From assembly GCA_973851085.1 (NCBI GenBank), contig OZ316775.1, positions 18,414,001-18,478,000 on the forward strand: 64,000 bases of DNA, read 5' to 3'. Every line of letters starts with the position of its first letter. The stretch's first letter is position 1. Shown here piece by piece: positions 13,573 through 26,255 of this stretch. A model generated the notes under the pieces. It saw only the letters and a program-made list of their open reading frames with translations. It was not told the DNA's origin and did no database searches. This DNA is from Ptychomitrium polyphyllum (lineage: Eukaryota). The position numbers and the translations under genes were made by a program.

Positions 13573-14416
13573 TTAGGTGTTCCAAAATGTTTCACATGTA
13601 AAATGTAACTAAATAATGTTTATTTGTGCACTTTGATAAGATTTGAATCATTGCGTACAATGAAATTAAATATTATTAGGTTATGAAGATACTTTAGTTG
13701 TTTGTATGCAATGATTTAAATCTTATTAAAATGTATAAACATGAATTATTTAGTTATGTTTAATTTCAAAAACACTTTTGAATACATTATGTGCCATGTG
13801 GTCTATTATAAGTATCATTTGCTAATTAACTAATTAATGTTATACTTATATTATGTACATACTCATGCCATATTTTACATATACTTAGTCCAAAAATTTA
13901 TTTACTTTTACATTTTCATGTTTCAAAAAATACCATTTAAAAAAATAAAGTGTATAAGGTTGAAATATCTTGTATCATTACCTTATTGATAAAAATTAAG
14001 TATAAAATGGTAGTTAAAGTATATGTTTTTATTAATATAATCTTATTAAAATTCATTAATAAAAAAATATTTTTTGTGCTATAGAATATAATAAATTTTA
14101 ATTGTATGATTAATTGAAAATCCAATATGAAATTCTTAAATATGCTTTAAATTCTAAATTTTAATTTATTTAAAATGCACAAAACACTTATATATACTTG
14201 AACATGCTAGTCCTTTGGAAATAATTCAAAACTTAATAGATGAATTAAAACCATTATTAAAAGAAGACATTTCTTCTAAAGGTGATACTTGGTTATTTAA
14301 CATTGGACCAATAATAGTTGTCATACTAACAAATCCTTTGTTGAATTCTAAGGATTTTATTTATTTTGCATTTTGAAAATTCTTCAATATGTTTTGAATT
14401 GTGTAATTATATGAAT
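13573..14416 (-). repeat. Right arm of 844-bp inverted repeat
   Basis: Mirror of 8706-9549. TTATAC lies immediately outside both arms (8700-8705, 14417-14422). Confidence 0.97.
14197..14328 (+). pseudogene. ndhA: Decayed plastid ndhA fragment (NUPT)
   Basis: Translates [44 protein letters not shown], matching the plastid NdhA motif as recalled: [37 protein letters not shown]. Confidence 0.8.
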
Positions 14417-17400
14417 TTATACATAAAGCTAAAAGCTATGAGTCTTGCATCAATTTAACTTTCAATGGAGATTCAATACGTAAGTTCCATCAAAATAGAA
14501 AATGACCGCACAATTAAAACATGGTGTGCTTTATTAATATTGTTGTTAAATGCTTGTATTCTTGTTTATTATTGAACTTTTTGCTACATCATCCCTTTTG
14601 CTTGTACTAACTATGCCAACTATCCAAACACATACATTAACAAATTAGAATATTCATGGCATTAGGACACATAGTCCTATATTTTTTATTGAAAGAATAT
14701 ATATTTTTTCATTTGATCCAAAAATAGAAAATATTCATCAATGAATTTTTCATTAAATGATTTATTGCACATTGCCAATCTTCAATGCAAGAAGTATATT
14801 TAATATTAGTTTTATATTGCTCAATTATAATTCATGTTGTTACCAAAAGCTTTAAAAATATAAAATAAAATCTTTTTGTACCAACTTTTGCATTTTATGT
14901 AAGGACTTGTTTAAATCTACAATTATGTCTAGCTAAACTTTTTGTCAAAGTTGTAAAATTTGTATGAAAATGTGGTCATTACTAAAAAATTTATGATATT
15001 ACATTTAATTTAATTGTCTTTCAAACAATTAAATGGCACTATGATACATGTTGAAAACCTTGAAAATATTAGAAATAGATTTATCAATGTCATGTTTTAA
15101 CATGTATAAGAATTGGTTGGAAGTAATATATGAATAATATATGAAGTTACATCCAAAAGATTAAGACTTATTCATAAAAAATGTAAGAAATATGCTCAAC
15201 AGAATGTAAGATTTATCATATTGTAAATAGAATAGTTCAAATGTTGGATATGTGATTAAATATTTTATAAACAATTGCTATACTAGGATGTCAAGTAAGA
15301 AGTCAACTTGGTTTTGCAAAAGGTCTTGGAAATTAGAATTATCCAAAAGGACCTCTTCAAATAGAGTTTTTTTGCAAATCATACTCTAAGAATTTAGTTT
15401 GTTACAATAAGGAGTCAAAATGCATATTGAAGTGTGTTTTGATGAATCATTGAGCAGCCTTTATGATGTTGGAGTGTGGTTAGGGAGCTTTAAATTTTGG
15501 AAATTTCTTAAACTAGCGGAGCTCCCCAAAATCATTTCCAAATTTATTCAAATACCCAATTTCTTCAATTCCTCATCCAAACTAGAATTATTTTAAAGTT
15601 TATGACATAGATTATTATGACCTATTATTTATAATAACAACACAATTTAGAAACAGAAGATGGGGGAGTTTTATATAATAAATAACTTTATTGAAAAAAA
15701 AATGTTGTTCTATTTTAATTTTGGATATTCAAAATCCATGAAGTTTTTAACAGTTAAATAATACTCCCTCATCATGCATAGAGCGTGCTGATAACAGGAA
15801 GTTGTGAAAGAGTCCTTTGAGAATCTAGTGAGAGGGAGATCTAATAATATTTAAAAGTTTGGAATGTTGAAATATTCAAAATGGGGCCATTCCAGTGACC
15901 AGGGGATCAACTAAAGTGCTTCAAGGACAATGACTGATTGTCTTTTATAACCAAGCAGTCCACATTTTGCTTAGCATGTACTGTTATAAACATCCATGTC
16001 ACAATTTACAAGTCAATCATCACCAGAGGTTGCCTACTCAATCTGGACATGAAAGTAATGAAATCTTAAAGGCATGCATGAATTGGGCTGACAGTGTGCC
16101 AGTGCTTGTCTGCATCCAAGATTTTGAAGGCTAAAATAGAGTAATTTCCAATAAAGAGACCTGAATACAACCCATAATATGACCTGATATGGGCCCAAAG
16201 GGTGAGTTTCTCATTCACTTTCATTGCACCTTCATGTGTGGTTAGTGTTTGCTTTGCATTTTAACGGGTCAATTCTAGCCTTAGGTTTTAAATAATGAAT
16301 CCATGTCAATTGTATTAGTTTTGTTACTTCTATGAAATGGCCAATGGTTATAAAGTTATTGCAACAATAAATTATGTTATGACCTAGTTAAGAAATTTAT
16401 TCTTTTTAGCTTGAACTTATAATGAAATTGGCCTTTGTATTATAAGTTATGGATGATTTAATTTTAAAATCCATAAATAAGTCTATTTCTTTCTTTATGG
16501 ATTGTTTAACTACTCAAGAATCCTTTTTAATAATATATTAAAAAATTTGGTAATTATATTTTTTGATAATTAGATTCTTTGACAAAAAATTTTAAAACAT
16601 AGGAAAGAACATAAGAAATCAAAAGAAGAATCATTTGTTAATAAACAACAAAGCAAGTTGGTTATAATGTCAATGTTAGCTTTTCCATTTCACAAGCATG
16701 TTCCAAATTTTGCAACATTTCTCACCTAGTCATATTGTCTATTAGGTTGTGATTTACAATTTGTTAATTTAAAAAGAAATCAACATCTTTTTTTAACATC
16801 TTTGGAGATTTAAACCAAGATTTGATTTTAGAGTCAAATCAAGAGTTTCAAAAATAAAGAATGGGCCATGTTTAGCTAACTCCAACCTATATAAATTCAA
16901 AAGTGCCATGCAATTTTACCTCCAATATACTTTATAGCACTTTGAAAAGTTTGTGGCCATAGACTCTTTTTACTTTGAGTTTTAAGCTTGAATTTGGAAG
17001 TTGCAATTTTAATGTTTAAATAAATTAGCAATTGTCTTCATCTTTAAAAAAAATCAATTGGCCAAAATAATTTCTTCAAAGAAAAACTCTTATTTTCAAA
17101 AAATGGTAGTGTAAATGGAGTATTTGTTTGTTATATTGCATAATTTTACTATAAAGTTAATGCAACCATCTTTTGCAATTTTGGCAAGTTGTGATAAATT
17201 TACAAAAAGCAGATATTTGTACTTCCAATATTTCCTATGTACTTCCAAATCAAAAAACAACAATTTTTAGGAGTGTTAATCACTAAGTATTCTCTATTAT
17301 ATCATTATTAATGACAATAACTAACTTTCAATTGAAAATAACATTTTAGCACAAACAAAAACTCCATGTTTTATATAAACATATAAACTATGATGAACAT

Positions 17401-18899
17401 TTGACTAAGTAATGTAACCTTTTTAAATCTTGTACATTTAATAATATAATCTTTTAAATAGTACCTTATGATAATTCAAATTTAATTATACTTTGCAAAA
17501 CTAAGTATTATATGCATCCAACAACTAAAGTTTATTTATAGCATGGTCATAAATCAGGCAACATCTTTAGAATCTTATAGAACCTTCTAATATATTATAG
17601 TAGCTTCTTAGAATCTTTTCACTACTTCCATAATCATTCCACCTTTTAAAGAAACATTTTAGAAAGATTCCATAGTCTTTTAGAATATTCTTAAGTTTCA
17701 TAAGAAGTTTTTTCAAAAGTATCCAAGGAAACACTACCATCATAATATAAATAGGAGGCAAGAAAAGATATATCTTAAAATTGCCAGTACAAGTTTTGGA
17801 TCATATTTGTAGCTTGTCCTTGATTTAGTATTTGTATTAATTCTTGTTAATTGATAGCTTCTTGGAAGCTAATTTTTGGAAATTACTTTGTGTTTGCTTC
17901 TTGTTTCTTGTGGTCTTAACAGTTTGGCAAGAGTATTCTTCATCTTTGTCAAAGCTACAATTTCTTTGAAGAAGATAGTAGAATTATTTGGCAAGAATAT
18001 TCTTCATTTTTGTCAAAACTACGGTTTCTTTGAAGAAAATAGTAGAATTTTTATCTTTTTTAAGATTCCAAAGCATCTTAGAGGGTGCAAAATACCTTTT
18101 TCTAAGCTGGCATTACAAATTGATTAATTTCTCTTTCTTAAAAAAAGTACAATTTCTTTTGAAAATGGATTCATTTTTAAAAGATAGAAGTTACCTTCTT
18201 TTGGCAATATTATTATAATATTTCTTTATTTTTGACAATCTTAAGTATGTGGTTTTTTTCTTGAAAGTATTAAAGATCCTTAAATACTAGGAATTATTTT
18301 CTTTTGAATTAATTCTTTGTTTTTTTTTTTTCTTTATTCACAAAATCTGCTAATTTGAGTATAAATAACATGCGAGGAACATTAAAGATAAGTTTGCAAT
18401 TATTGCAAGCCTTTAAGAATTATTAAACATAATTTGCATGAAGCTTGCTTGTTTTAATATTACCAACAATTTAAAACAACACATTCATCAGATTGAAAAA
18501 TCCAATGATAATATTTAGAGTCTATATTAAGAAATCATTTGATTACAAAAGGCCAATATTGAAAGTGAAGTCTTACGTCAAAAGCATGCAGAGCCAAAGA
18601 TTAATATGCTAGACAAGTATGACAAATTAAAATAAAAGCTAAGAGTCTTTGTTCAACAAGTGTAGCTCTTTCTTAGCTTGCATCAATCTTGCTATTTTAA
18701 TGATGTTGTTCAATTGAAGTTTGAAGCCATTCTTCAATCAAACAATGCACTATTGTAGTTTGCACCATTAATGGAGAAGAAATCACTATTACTTAGCAAC
18801 TTAGATATTTTTATAAAATTGTTGACATCTATATTTGGAGACACCAATAAAAAAAAAGTAGTTGAAACAAGAATTTAAAATATACAACAACAATAACGT

Positions 18900-20516
18900 T
18901 GTTGTAATGTATTCAGTTGTATAATTTAAAATTTATCCAATATTTGTTATTTTGTGGAATTTGATTTATTGTATATAGAAAGAAGTATTAGAAAAAAAGA
19001 AATTATTGGATAAAAAAATTGTAGGTAAATCACAATTTTAATTTGTCTTAGAAGTGGAACCGCATTTGTCTTAGAAGTAGAACCGCATTTATTTTAATTT
19101 AAGATGAATAGGCCAATTGACTATAGTATTTTTTTGCCAGACATTCTCTCTAGCAGTACTAAGTGACGTGCTACCATTCTATTCAATAAATTTGATAAAA
19201 ATTGAACTTGGACTAATTCAGCAACTAAAACTTATCTAATCAACTAAGTTCATGACTTGGTGTCAGACTTTGTTTCAACAATGACATTATTCTTTGCTTG
19301 TTTCTTGTTGAACTTTAATTTCTTTTCTACTTTATTTCCTTTATTTTCATTTTTATTTCTTATTTTAAGTTTGTGAAGGTTCATTTCTTTTGTAATTTAA
19401 ACCTAGAAGTTTCAACCAAAAATTAAATAAATAAAATAAAAAATAAAAATGAATTAAATTATTTTAATTTGAAGACATGGCTAAACAAGGACTTGATAAA
19501 AGGAAATAGGAGGTGATGTAGAGAGTTATAATTAATGTAGAATGATAAGGAGCGGATGTGGTAGTTTAACCACCGCCCTTTTCTTCTCTCAATTCCTTCC
19601 ACTTGAATAAGAAGGCAGTCATCCTTTTGATGATATTGCATTGGTTATTTCTTAATTTAGGTTTATTTTTGTTGGATTTTTTTTATTCTCTTGTAAGCTT
19701 TTTAAGAAGCCATCACAAGTTCCATTTGGAGTTGATATGTGACTGTGGCACTAGTTTGAATAAAATTAAGTTAGCTGCCTTGAGTTTTTGAGAGCAGCTA
19801 CTTTGAATGCTTGTAACTTTTTGTAGAAATAGTTTTTAATAATTAAATTTATAAATAAAACTTTGACTATTTTAAAATGACTATGTAGAAATTTTGAGAA
19901 TAATAGGTTCTTACAATAGAAAATATAAAGAAAAATGCAATTGGCTTTTAAGGGCAATGCACAGCAAAGTTTGGAGTTATATGTTTTGAATCATTGAAGA
20001 TGATTGGAGGAGTTGATATTTTTGTGAAGTGTTTATAGTAAAATAGATACTATGTGAATAAAGTTTGAAGTCTAAATTTCTTATAAAAAAAGAGTTATAG
20101 AGCAATGAAATAAAGAAGGACAATGAGCTAGGGCAAAAAGAGTGAGGCTTTTGAAGACATGGTTCTAAACAACCACTTGGATTATAATAAAGAGGTTTTG
20201 AAGGTTGCACTTAAAAAATCTTATATTTTTATTATTAAAATCTTAAGCACATAGAATCTTTGAATTTGAAGATATAGGAGAAAATGTAATTTGGATTTAA
20301 AAGTAAGAAGAAGTAGAACTATTAATAAAGACTTGGATTCTTTGAGAATGAAAGAAAGCAGAGTTTAAAAGTAAAAATTAAAGATGTAGAAATAACTAAT
20401 AAAGAAATGAAAGTTGTTATTTCTATTATAAAATAAAAGTTGTAAAAACTTTGCATTTGATTAACTAAATGCAAAAAGACCCAACATTTCCTATAACAAT
20501 TAATCTTACAATAATA
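18900..20516 (+). mobile_element. Family B long solo LTR inserted in gag of element A
   Basis: Starts TGTTGTAATG. Homologous to 21703-22847 and, reverse-complemented, to 27779-28338 plus 49944-50820. No clean TSD. Confidence 0.7.
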
Positions 20517-20999
20517 GTGCTTTGCTGTTATACTTTTAAAGCAATAATTGCCAAATAATACTTTTAAAGCAATAATTGCCAACCATACGACATAGAAGAA
20601 ACTTATATTTTTATTGTGGCCAGTTTAGATATAAAGTGTGCAATTGCCAAATTAGAGGATGTACCTTTAAGGCTCATAGCACAATGGTGAAGTTGGAAAA
20701 TAAGGATGTCTAGGTACATTAGAAACCATGCAATTGAATACCACAATGACATGACCATCAAATCAAGGCCTTTAAGTACCTTCAACTCTTACTTTATGTT
20801 TTATGTTTCCTATCAAAATAATGTTGTCAGATGGTGAAACATTTTATAAAGCTTTTTTAGACACTAGTACAAGTGCATGCTTCATGGACAAGGATTTTGC
20901 AACCAAATATCACACGGCCTTAGTGAACAAAAACAATCTGCATCCATTGAAGTTATTAATGGGCAATTTCTTGCATTTAGTAATGTGCACTACAATTCA

Positions 21000-21702
21000 G
21001 AAGTATGCCTACCAGACTCAATTGGAGGTGGCGCAGGATTTGGATTATGATTCCTAGTCAATCCTACCATTTGGTCTATTAAGGCTTGCAATTGTCTCAT
21101 GATCTCATCCTTGAAGCCTTATTGACTAGCCTGCAATTTGTGTTTTACCGCTTTTAAATTGGCATCCTCTATTGGTGGAAGTAAAAAATGGACAATAGAA
21201 GGTGGCTTCATTGCTAAGGATGTAGGATAATTCCCCTCCCTAGTGTAGATTGGAACTTCTTGGTTGGGCAAGGGAGCTAATACTAAGGAACTTGGGGTTT
21301 TTTCTTTAGGTTTGATAGGAATAAAAGAAAGGATGGATTCATCCTCCTTTCTCCACAACCTCTCATATTCCCTTTTTATTCCTTCCACATTTCTAGTAGT
21401 TTTCTTGGCTAGCTCTAAAGTAGAAAAGGTGTCGTTCCAAGATTCTCCAAATTGTGGAGCTTTTACAAAATCTTTGAATAAAAAATTGCTTCAACGTATC
21501 ATCATTGAACATTCCACCCACAAACCTAGTGCAAACCAATTCAAACCGCCGTAGTTGAGAGGAAAGGCCTTCTTCTATACCTTGCTTGATTGTAGCCAAT
21601 GCCCTCAGTGTAGCACTTTGTTCCACTTCAGGAGCAAAAAGGGTTAAAAAATCCCTTTAGAGTCTACCCTAGGCGGTAAAAACTCCTTCCGCTTGATTGC
21701 AG
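21000..21702 (-). mobile_element. Ty3/gypsy gag fragment of another family
   Basis: ORFs 21393-21626 and 21119-21388: ALATIKQGIEEGLSSQLRRFELVCTRF..TLKQFFIQRF (retrotransposon gag QG..E.....RF motif). Confidence 0.6.
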
Positions 21703-22847
21703 TGTTGTGCTGTAAATAACTACATGGCTTAAAACTTAGCTAATATGTATTATTTTGTGGATTTTGATTTATTGTGTTTAAGAAAAGAATACTAGGATGA
21801 AAAGAGAAGTTAGATGAAAAGGATCGTAATGAAACCACGGTTTTGAATGTCTTGGAGGTAGAATTGCATCTTGTCTTAGCTCAAGGTGAAGGCATTGGTT
21901 AACTATGTTATTTTTTTGCATGCCGTTCTCATTAGCAGTATCAAGTCAAGTGCTGCCATTCCAATCAACGAACCCAACAAGAATCAAACTCGGACCAGTT
22001 CTGCAATTGAATTTTATCCAATCAACCAAGTTCGTGGCTTGGTGTTTGATTCTGCCTCAATAGTGACTTTATATTCATTGAACTTCAATCTTTTTTCTGT
22101 TTCCTTCCTTTTATTTTAGTTTTAATTTTTAATTTTTAGATTTAAGAGGATTGGTTTTGTCTTCTTTTGTAGTTTGGAATCTAGAAGTTTCAACCAAAGG
22201 AAAGAAAAGAAAGAAAAGCAAAAGAAAAGGATTTAGGTGGTTTTTTTATTTGAAGATATGGTTAGATAAAGGCTTGACAAAAGAGATTAGGGGCTGATGT
22301 GGAAAGATAAGGTTGATGTGGAGTAATAGGAGGCGGATGTGGCGGTTTGACTACCTCCTTCTTTTTCTCTCTCTGCCTCTCCCTCTTGTTATTTAAGGTG
22401 ACCTTTCCTTCGACCATATTATATTGTACACTTCTTAGTTTGAATTGGTTTTTGTTGGATTCTTTTTCTTTTTTTGTTAGCTTTTCAAAATGCTATCACA
22501 TGCTCTATTTGCAGTTGTTATGTGACCGTGGCACTAGTTTGAATAAAGTTGGTCCAGTTGCCTTGAGTTTTGAGAGGAGCTGCTTTGACTGCTTATAACT
22601 TCTTGTAGAAATGGTTTTTGAAGATTAAATTTAAAAAATAGTGTTTTGACTATTTCAAGATGATAGTATAGAAATCTTGAGTGAAGATGATTTTTGCAGT
22701 ATGAGTTGTAGGAGAATATGTAACTAGGTTTTAAAAGGCAGTATACGGCAATGTAAGGATTATATGTTTTGGCTATAAAAAAGGGTGAGAGAGGTTTCTC
22801 AGATTGATATTTCAATGAAATGTGTATTGTAAGATAAAATGTGGACA
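21703..22847 (+). mobile_element. Family B LTR, 3'-truncated
   Basis: Colinear with 18900-20060, then breaks into minus-strand pol at about 22850. Confidence 0.7.
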
Positions 22848-22849
22848 AT

Positions 22850-25000
22850 TTTCATACCTAGATTCATGATAAAGAAGAAGTTATAAGGTGGTCAGATAAC
22901 AGGGACTATGGTGAGAAGGATGAAATCTTTGATTGCATGGATCTCAAAGAATATAGCAGCCATAGTTTTGAAACTTTTAGTGTAGTTTACTACATGATTT
23001 TTAAACATAATACAAAAATATCAGAATCATTAGACTTTGGAAATAAGAAATATGGACAAATTTGTAAGCAAGATTTTAAAGGCAGTACATAGTTACGGTT
23101 TGGATTCGGAATGAGAACTTTACAAAGTATGTATAGAATGATGAACAAACTTTGCACTTAATTGACTTCAATTATAACACCATCTAGTCAAATTATTGAA
23201 GAATTAGTAGCAGCTAGAGGCTTGGTACTTTCTTGAAGCAATGTTCTTTTACCATGACAACATGAGTGGTGTTCTTGTAGGCAAACTTAGCCAATATCAA
23301 GTAGGAAGTTCAATCATCTTATTGGTAGTTAATGGTACATCTAAAATATTGTTCCAAAATCTGGTTGACTTGTTTTGTTTGGCCATTGGTTTGAGAATAG
23401 AAGGCAGAAGAAAGTTTTAAGTCCACCTTAAGGATTTCAAATAGCAACTTTCAAAATCTTGATACAACTATGGTCTATGATCCGACATAATATTATCAGG
23501 CAATCCATGGTAGCAGTAGACATTATCCATGAAAAATGTGATATACTCTTCATCGGTAATTGTCTTTTTGCAAGGTATAAAATGTGCCATCTTGGTCCAC
23601 CAGTCTATTACAACAAAGATGGTATCAAAAGAATTTGACGATGGAAGATCTGTAATGAAATCCATTAAAACGGACGACCACGGTTGCTTTAAAATAGGCA
23701 ATGGTTGAAAAAGTCTATATGGACGGTATTGAGGATTTTTTGACCTAAAGCAGGTTTTACATGAGAGTACAACTTCTTAACGGCCTTCCACATATGAGGC
23801 CACCAAAAGTCTCAAGAGAAGAGTTTCAAGGTTTTATTGAATCCAAAATGTTTAGCCGCAAGAAAGTCATGACGTGTGTGAAGTACACAAAGGCAAATTG
23901 GTCCTTCAGAAATATATAGATGTTCTTCAAAATAAAAAAGGTTGTCTTCTAAATTGAACTTAGACACATCTTTAGGGAAGTTGTTGGAACAACGCTTGAT
24001 ATCAAGAATAAGAGGGTCCTTAGTAGATGCCCCACGTATCTAGTCAAAAAACGATGAATCCATTGGAGTTGAAAGGTGGTTGTGCAAATATAAAATTGTT
24101 TGGATTTCAACAAAGTTGCTTGTTGTTGATTGTGTGTTGCCTCTCCTTCCTTTGGTGCAAGGTATAATCGCCTTGACATAGCATCTAATAATCCTTATTG
24201 TTTTCCGGGTCAATATATAATGAAAAAATCAAATCAAGATAGAGACATACTCCAACGAGCTTGGCGGCAATTCAAAATACAGGCTAACATGAAATATTTC
24301 AAGTTCTTGTCATATGTATATATAATATTTGGATGCACGGCACTCTCGAGTAAGTGACGGCATTCTTAGAAATAATCGATAATTGCAAGGAGTTCCTTGT
24401 CGTGGATCTCATAGTTAATTTCTGCAGCTGAATTTTTTTCTGAATGCAATGCAATCGGAAAAGGTCTTCTTCTTTTCCCCATTTGTAACAAAACTGCTGT
24501 TAGTGCAAAGTCAGAAGCATCTATCTCAAAATAAATTGCTTCAAAAAATTTGAATGGACCAAAATAGGAGCTATGGTAAAAGCTCGCTTTAAACTTTGGA
24601 ATGCATCCTCAGCATTGGATTACTACTCAAGCTTTTTCTTGCATATTAATCACGTAAGTAGTGTAGTTATTCAAGAATAGTCTTTGATGAAGATTCTATA
24701 AAAGTTTGTAAATCCAAGAAAACATTGGACATCATATACCAATTTTGGCCTTGTCCAATTGCTAACTACTTTGACATTCTTTGGATCCATCAATAGTCCT
24801 TCATTAAAGGTGATATATCCAAGGAATTCCACCTGAGGTTTGTGGAATACACATTTCTCCAACTTAGCATTCAAACCGGCATCTCTTAGCTTTTGTAGGA
24901 CTATGCAGACATGTCGTTCATGTTCCTCTAGATTCTTTAAATAGATCAAGACATCATCCAAATAGCATATAACAAAATCATCAATGCACTCCCAAAGGAA
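22850..25000 (-). mobile_element. Element E (Tcn1-like gypsy): degenerate RT, RNase H and integrase
   Basis: FVICYLDDVLIY..KCVFHKPQVEFLGY (24671-25057); [13 protein letters not shown] (about 24380-24420); PWSSVLMDFITDLP..KMAHFIPC (23468-23701). Many stops. Confidence 0.9.
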
Positions 25001-25020
25001 GAATTGGAATCCAAGCCTGG

Positions 25021-26255
25021 GACTTGGAAAGTGAAAATAGGGATTAATTATGTGCATGTGAGGGTGTACAAGGTTGACGTGCGTGACGTTTATTAAGGTG
25101 CATTAAAAGGATTGCAACAACTACCAACTTGGTTTAGAGGTCTGATTGTTTCTCCTCTTCTTTAAACATGGCTTCTAATAAAGGTGAGGGATTGAGAGTC
25201 ATTCAAATGTTTCTCTTAGAACACCCAATTGATTGATAGCCAATGGTTAGGTGCAAACTTCCATTCATGTTCAGGGCCTCATTTAGTGTTACTCCCATTC
25301 TACACGGCCTAACCGCACTAGTAGTGTCTCCTTACTACCATTCATGATTCCCATGTGATCCTAAGATCATCATAGGCCACCATAGTGCCGGCGTGAAAAC
25401 ACTACTCCAACTTACTAATAACAAGCGTATCCTTTAGATCTCACTAGTTTTTTTCATGAAATCGGTCATCCACTTGCTCACAATAATGTGGAAGTCCATG
25501 TGGTGAAGTCCCAACACTAGCTCCATCCACTGAGACTCATCTTTAGTTCCTATTGGGACACTGTGGGAGTGAGGAGGGAGACCAGTCTTCCCCTATAGTA
25601 CTCTCTATGGAATTTGGCAGGCTCCTTAACCTTCTATAGTTGGCTGTACCCCGACACACCCAAAACTTTGGAAGACCATCCAATCTCCTTTGGGACTTAG
25701 CCACTAGAAGCCTCCAGAAGTTCCTATGGAATTTCAAGGAGCCATGTCTTCCAAGTTTGGTTTCCAAATCTATCAAGCAACCACTCTATCGTCATTTATT
25801 CTTTGCGTAGATGCCAATAGAGTCTTCAAATGTCCAATTTGACTTAGTATTCTGGGAGATATGTTTCTTCCAAGGTTCGAGACTTCCGAGAAGTTTTTTC
25901 CTACACTGTCTTAATCTAGCATAGTCACAATCTAGGGCACAATCTAGGGCTGCCACAATCCAAAACAGCCCTTGGCAGCCCCAATTTTGGAATGCCATAT
26001 CTTTTAGCACCCTTGTCCAATTTGAGCAATCTTTAGTATTATAGAATCAACTTATTGTGAGTCTTTTAATGCCTACAATTTCTCCCTTGTAGCCCTCAGT
26101 TTACATGGGCAAGGATATTTTTCTCCCTTGAGGTCCTTCCCATGTTAGGCCTATTTGAGTCACCTTACCATTGGCGCCATTAGTCCCGGATGTCACTCCT
26201 TGATCTCCCTTGTGCCCTTAATGTTGCAGGCATTCTTCAAGAAAGGTGCACAACA
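25021..26255 (-). mobile_element. Family D solo LTR with its last 100 bp or so locally inverted
   Basis: 25205-26255 is the reverse complement of the 36002-type LTR; 25021-25119 is that LTR's 3' end in plus orientation. Confidence 0.85.

Noticed and set aside
8706..14416. Autonomous Polinton/Maverick or viral insert
   Set aside because: Only 5.7 kb, no polB, integrase or capsid ORFs and no AG..CT termini; only TIR length and the 6-bp flank fit.
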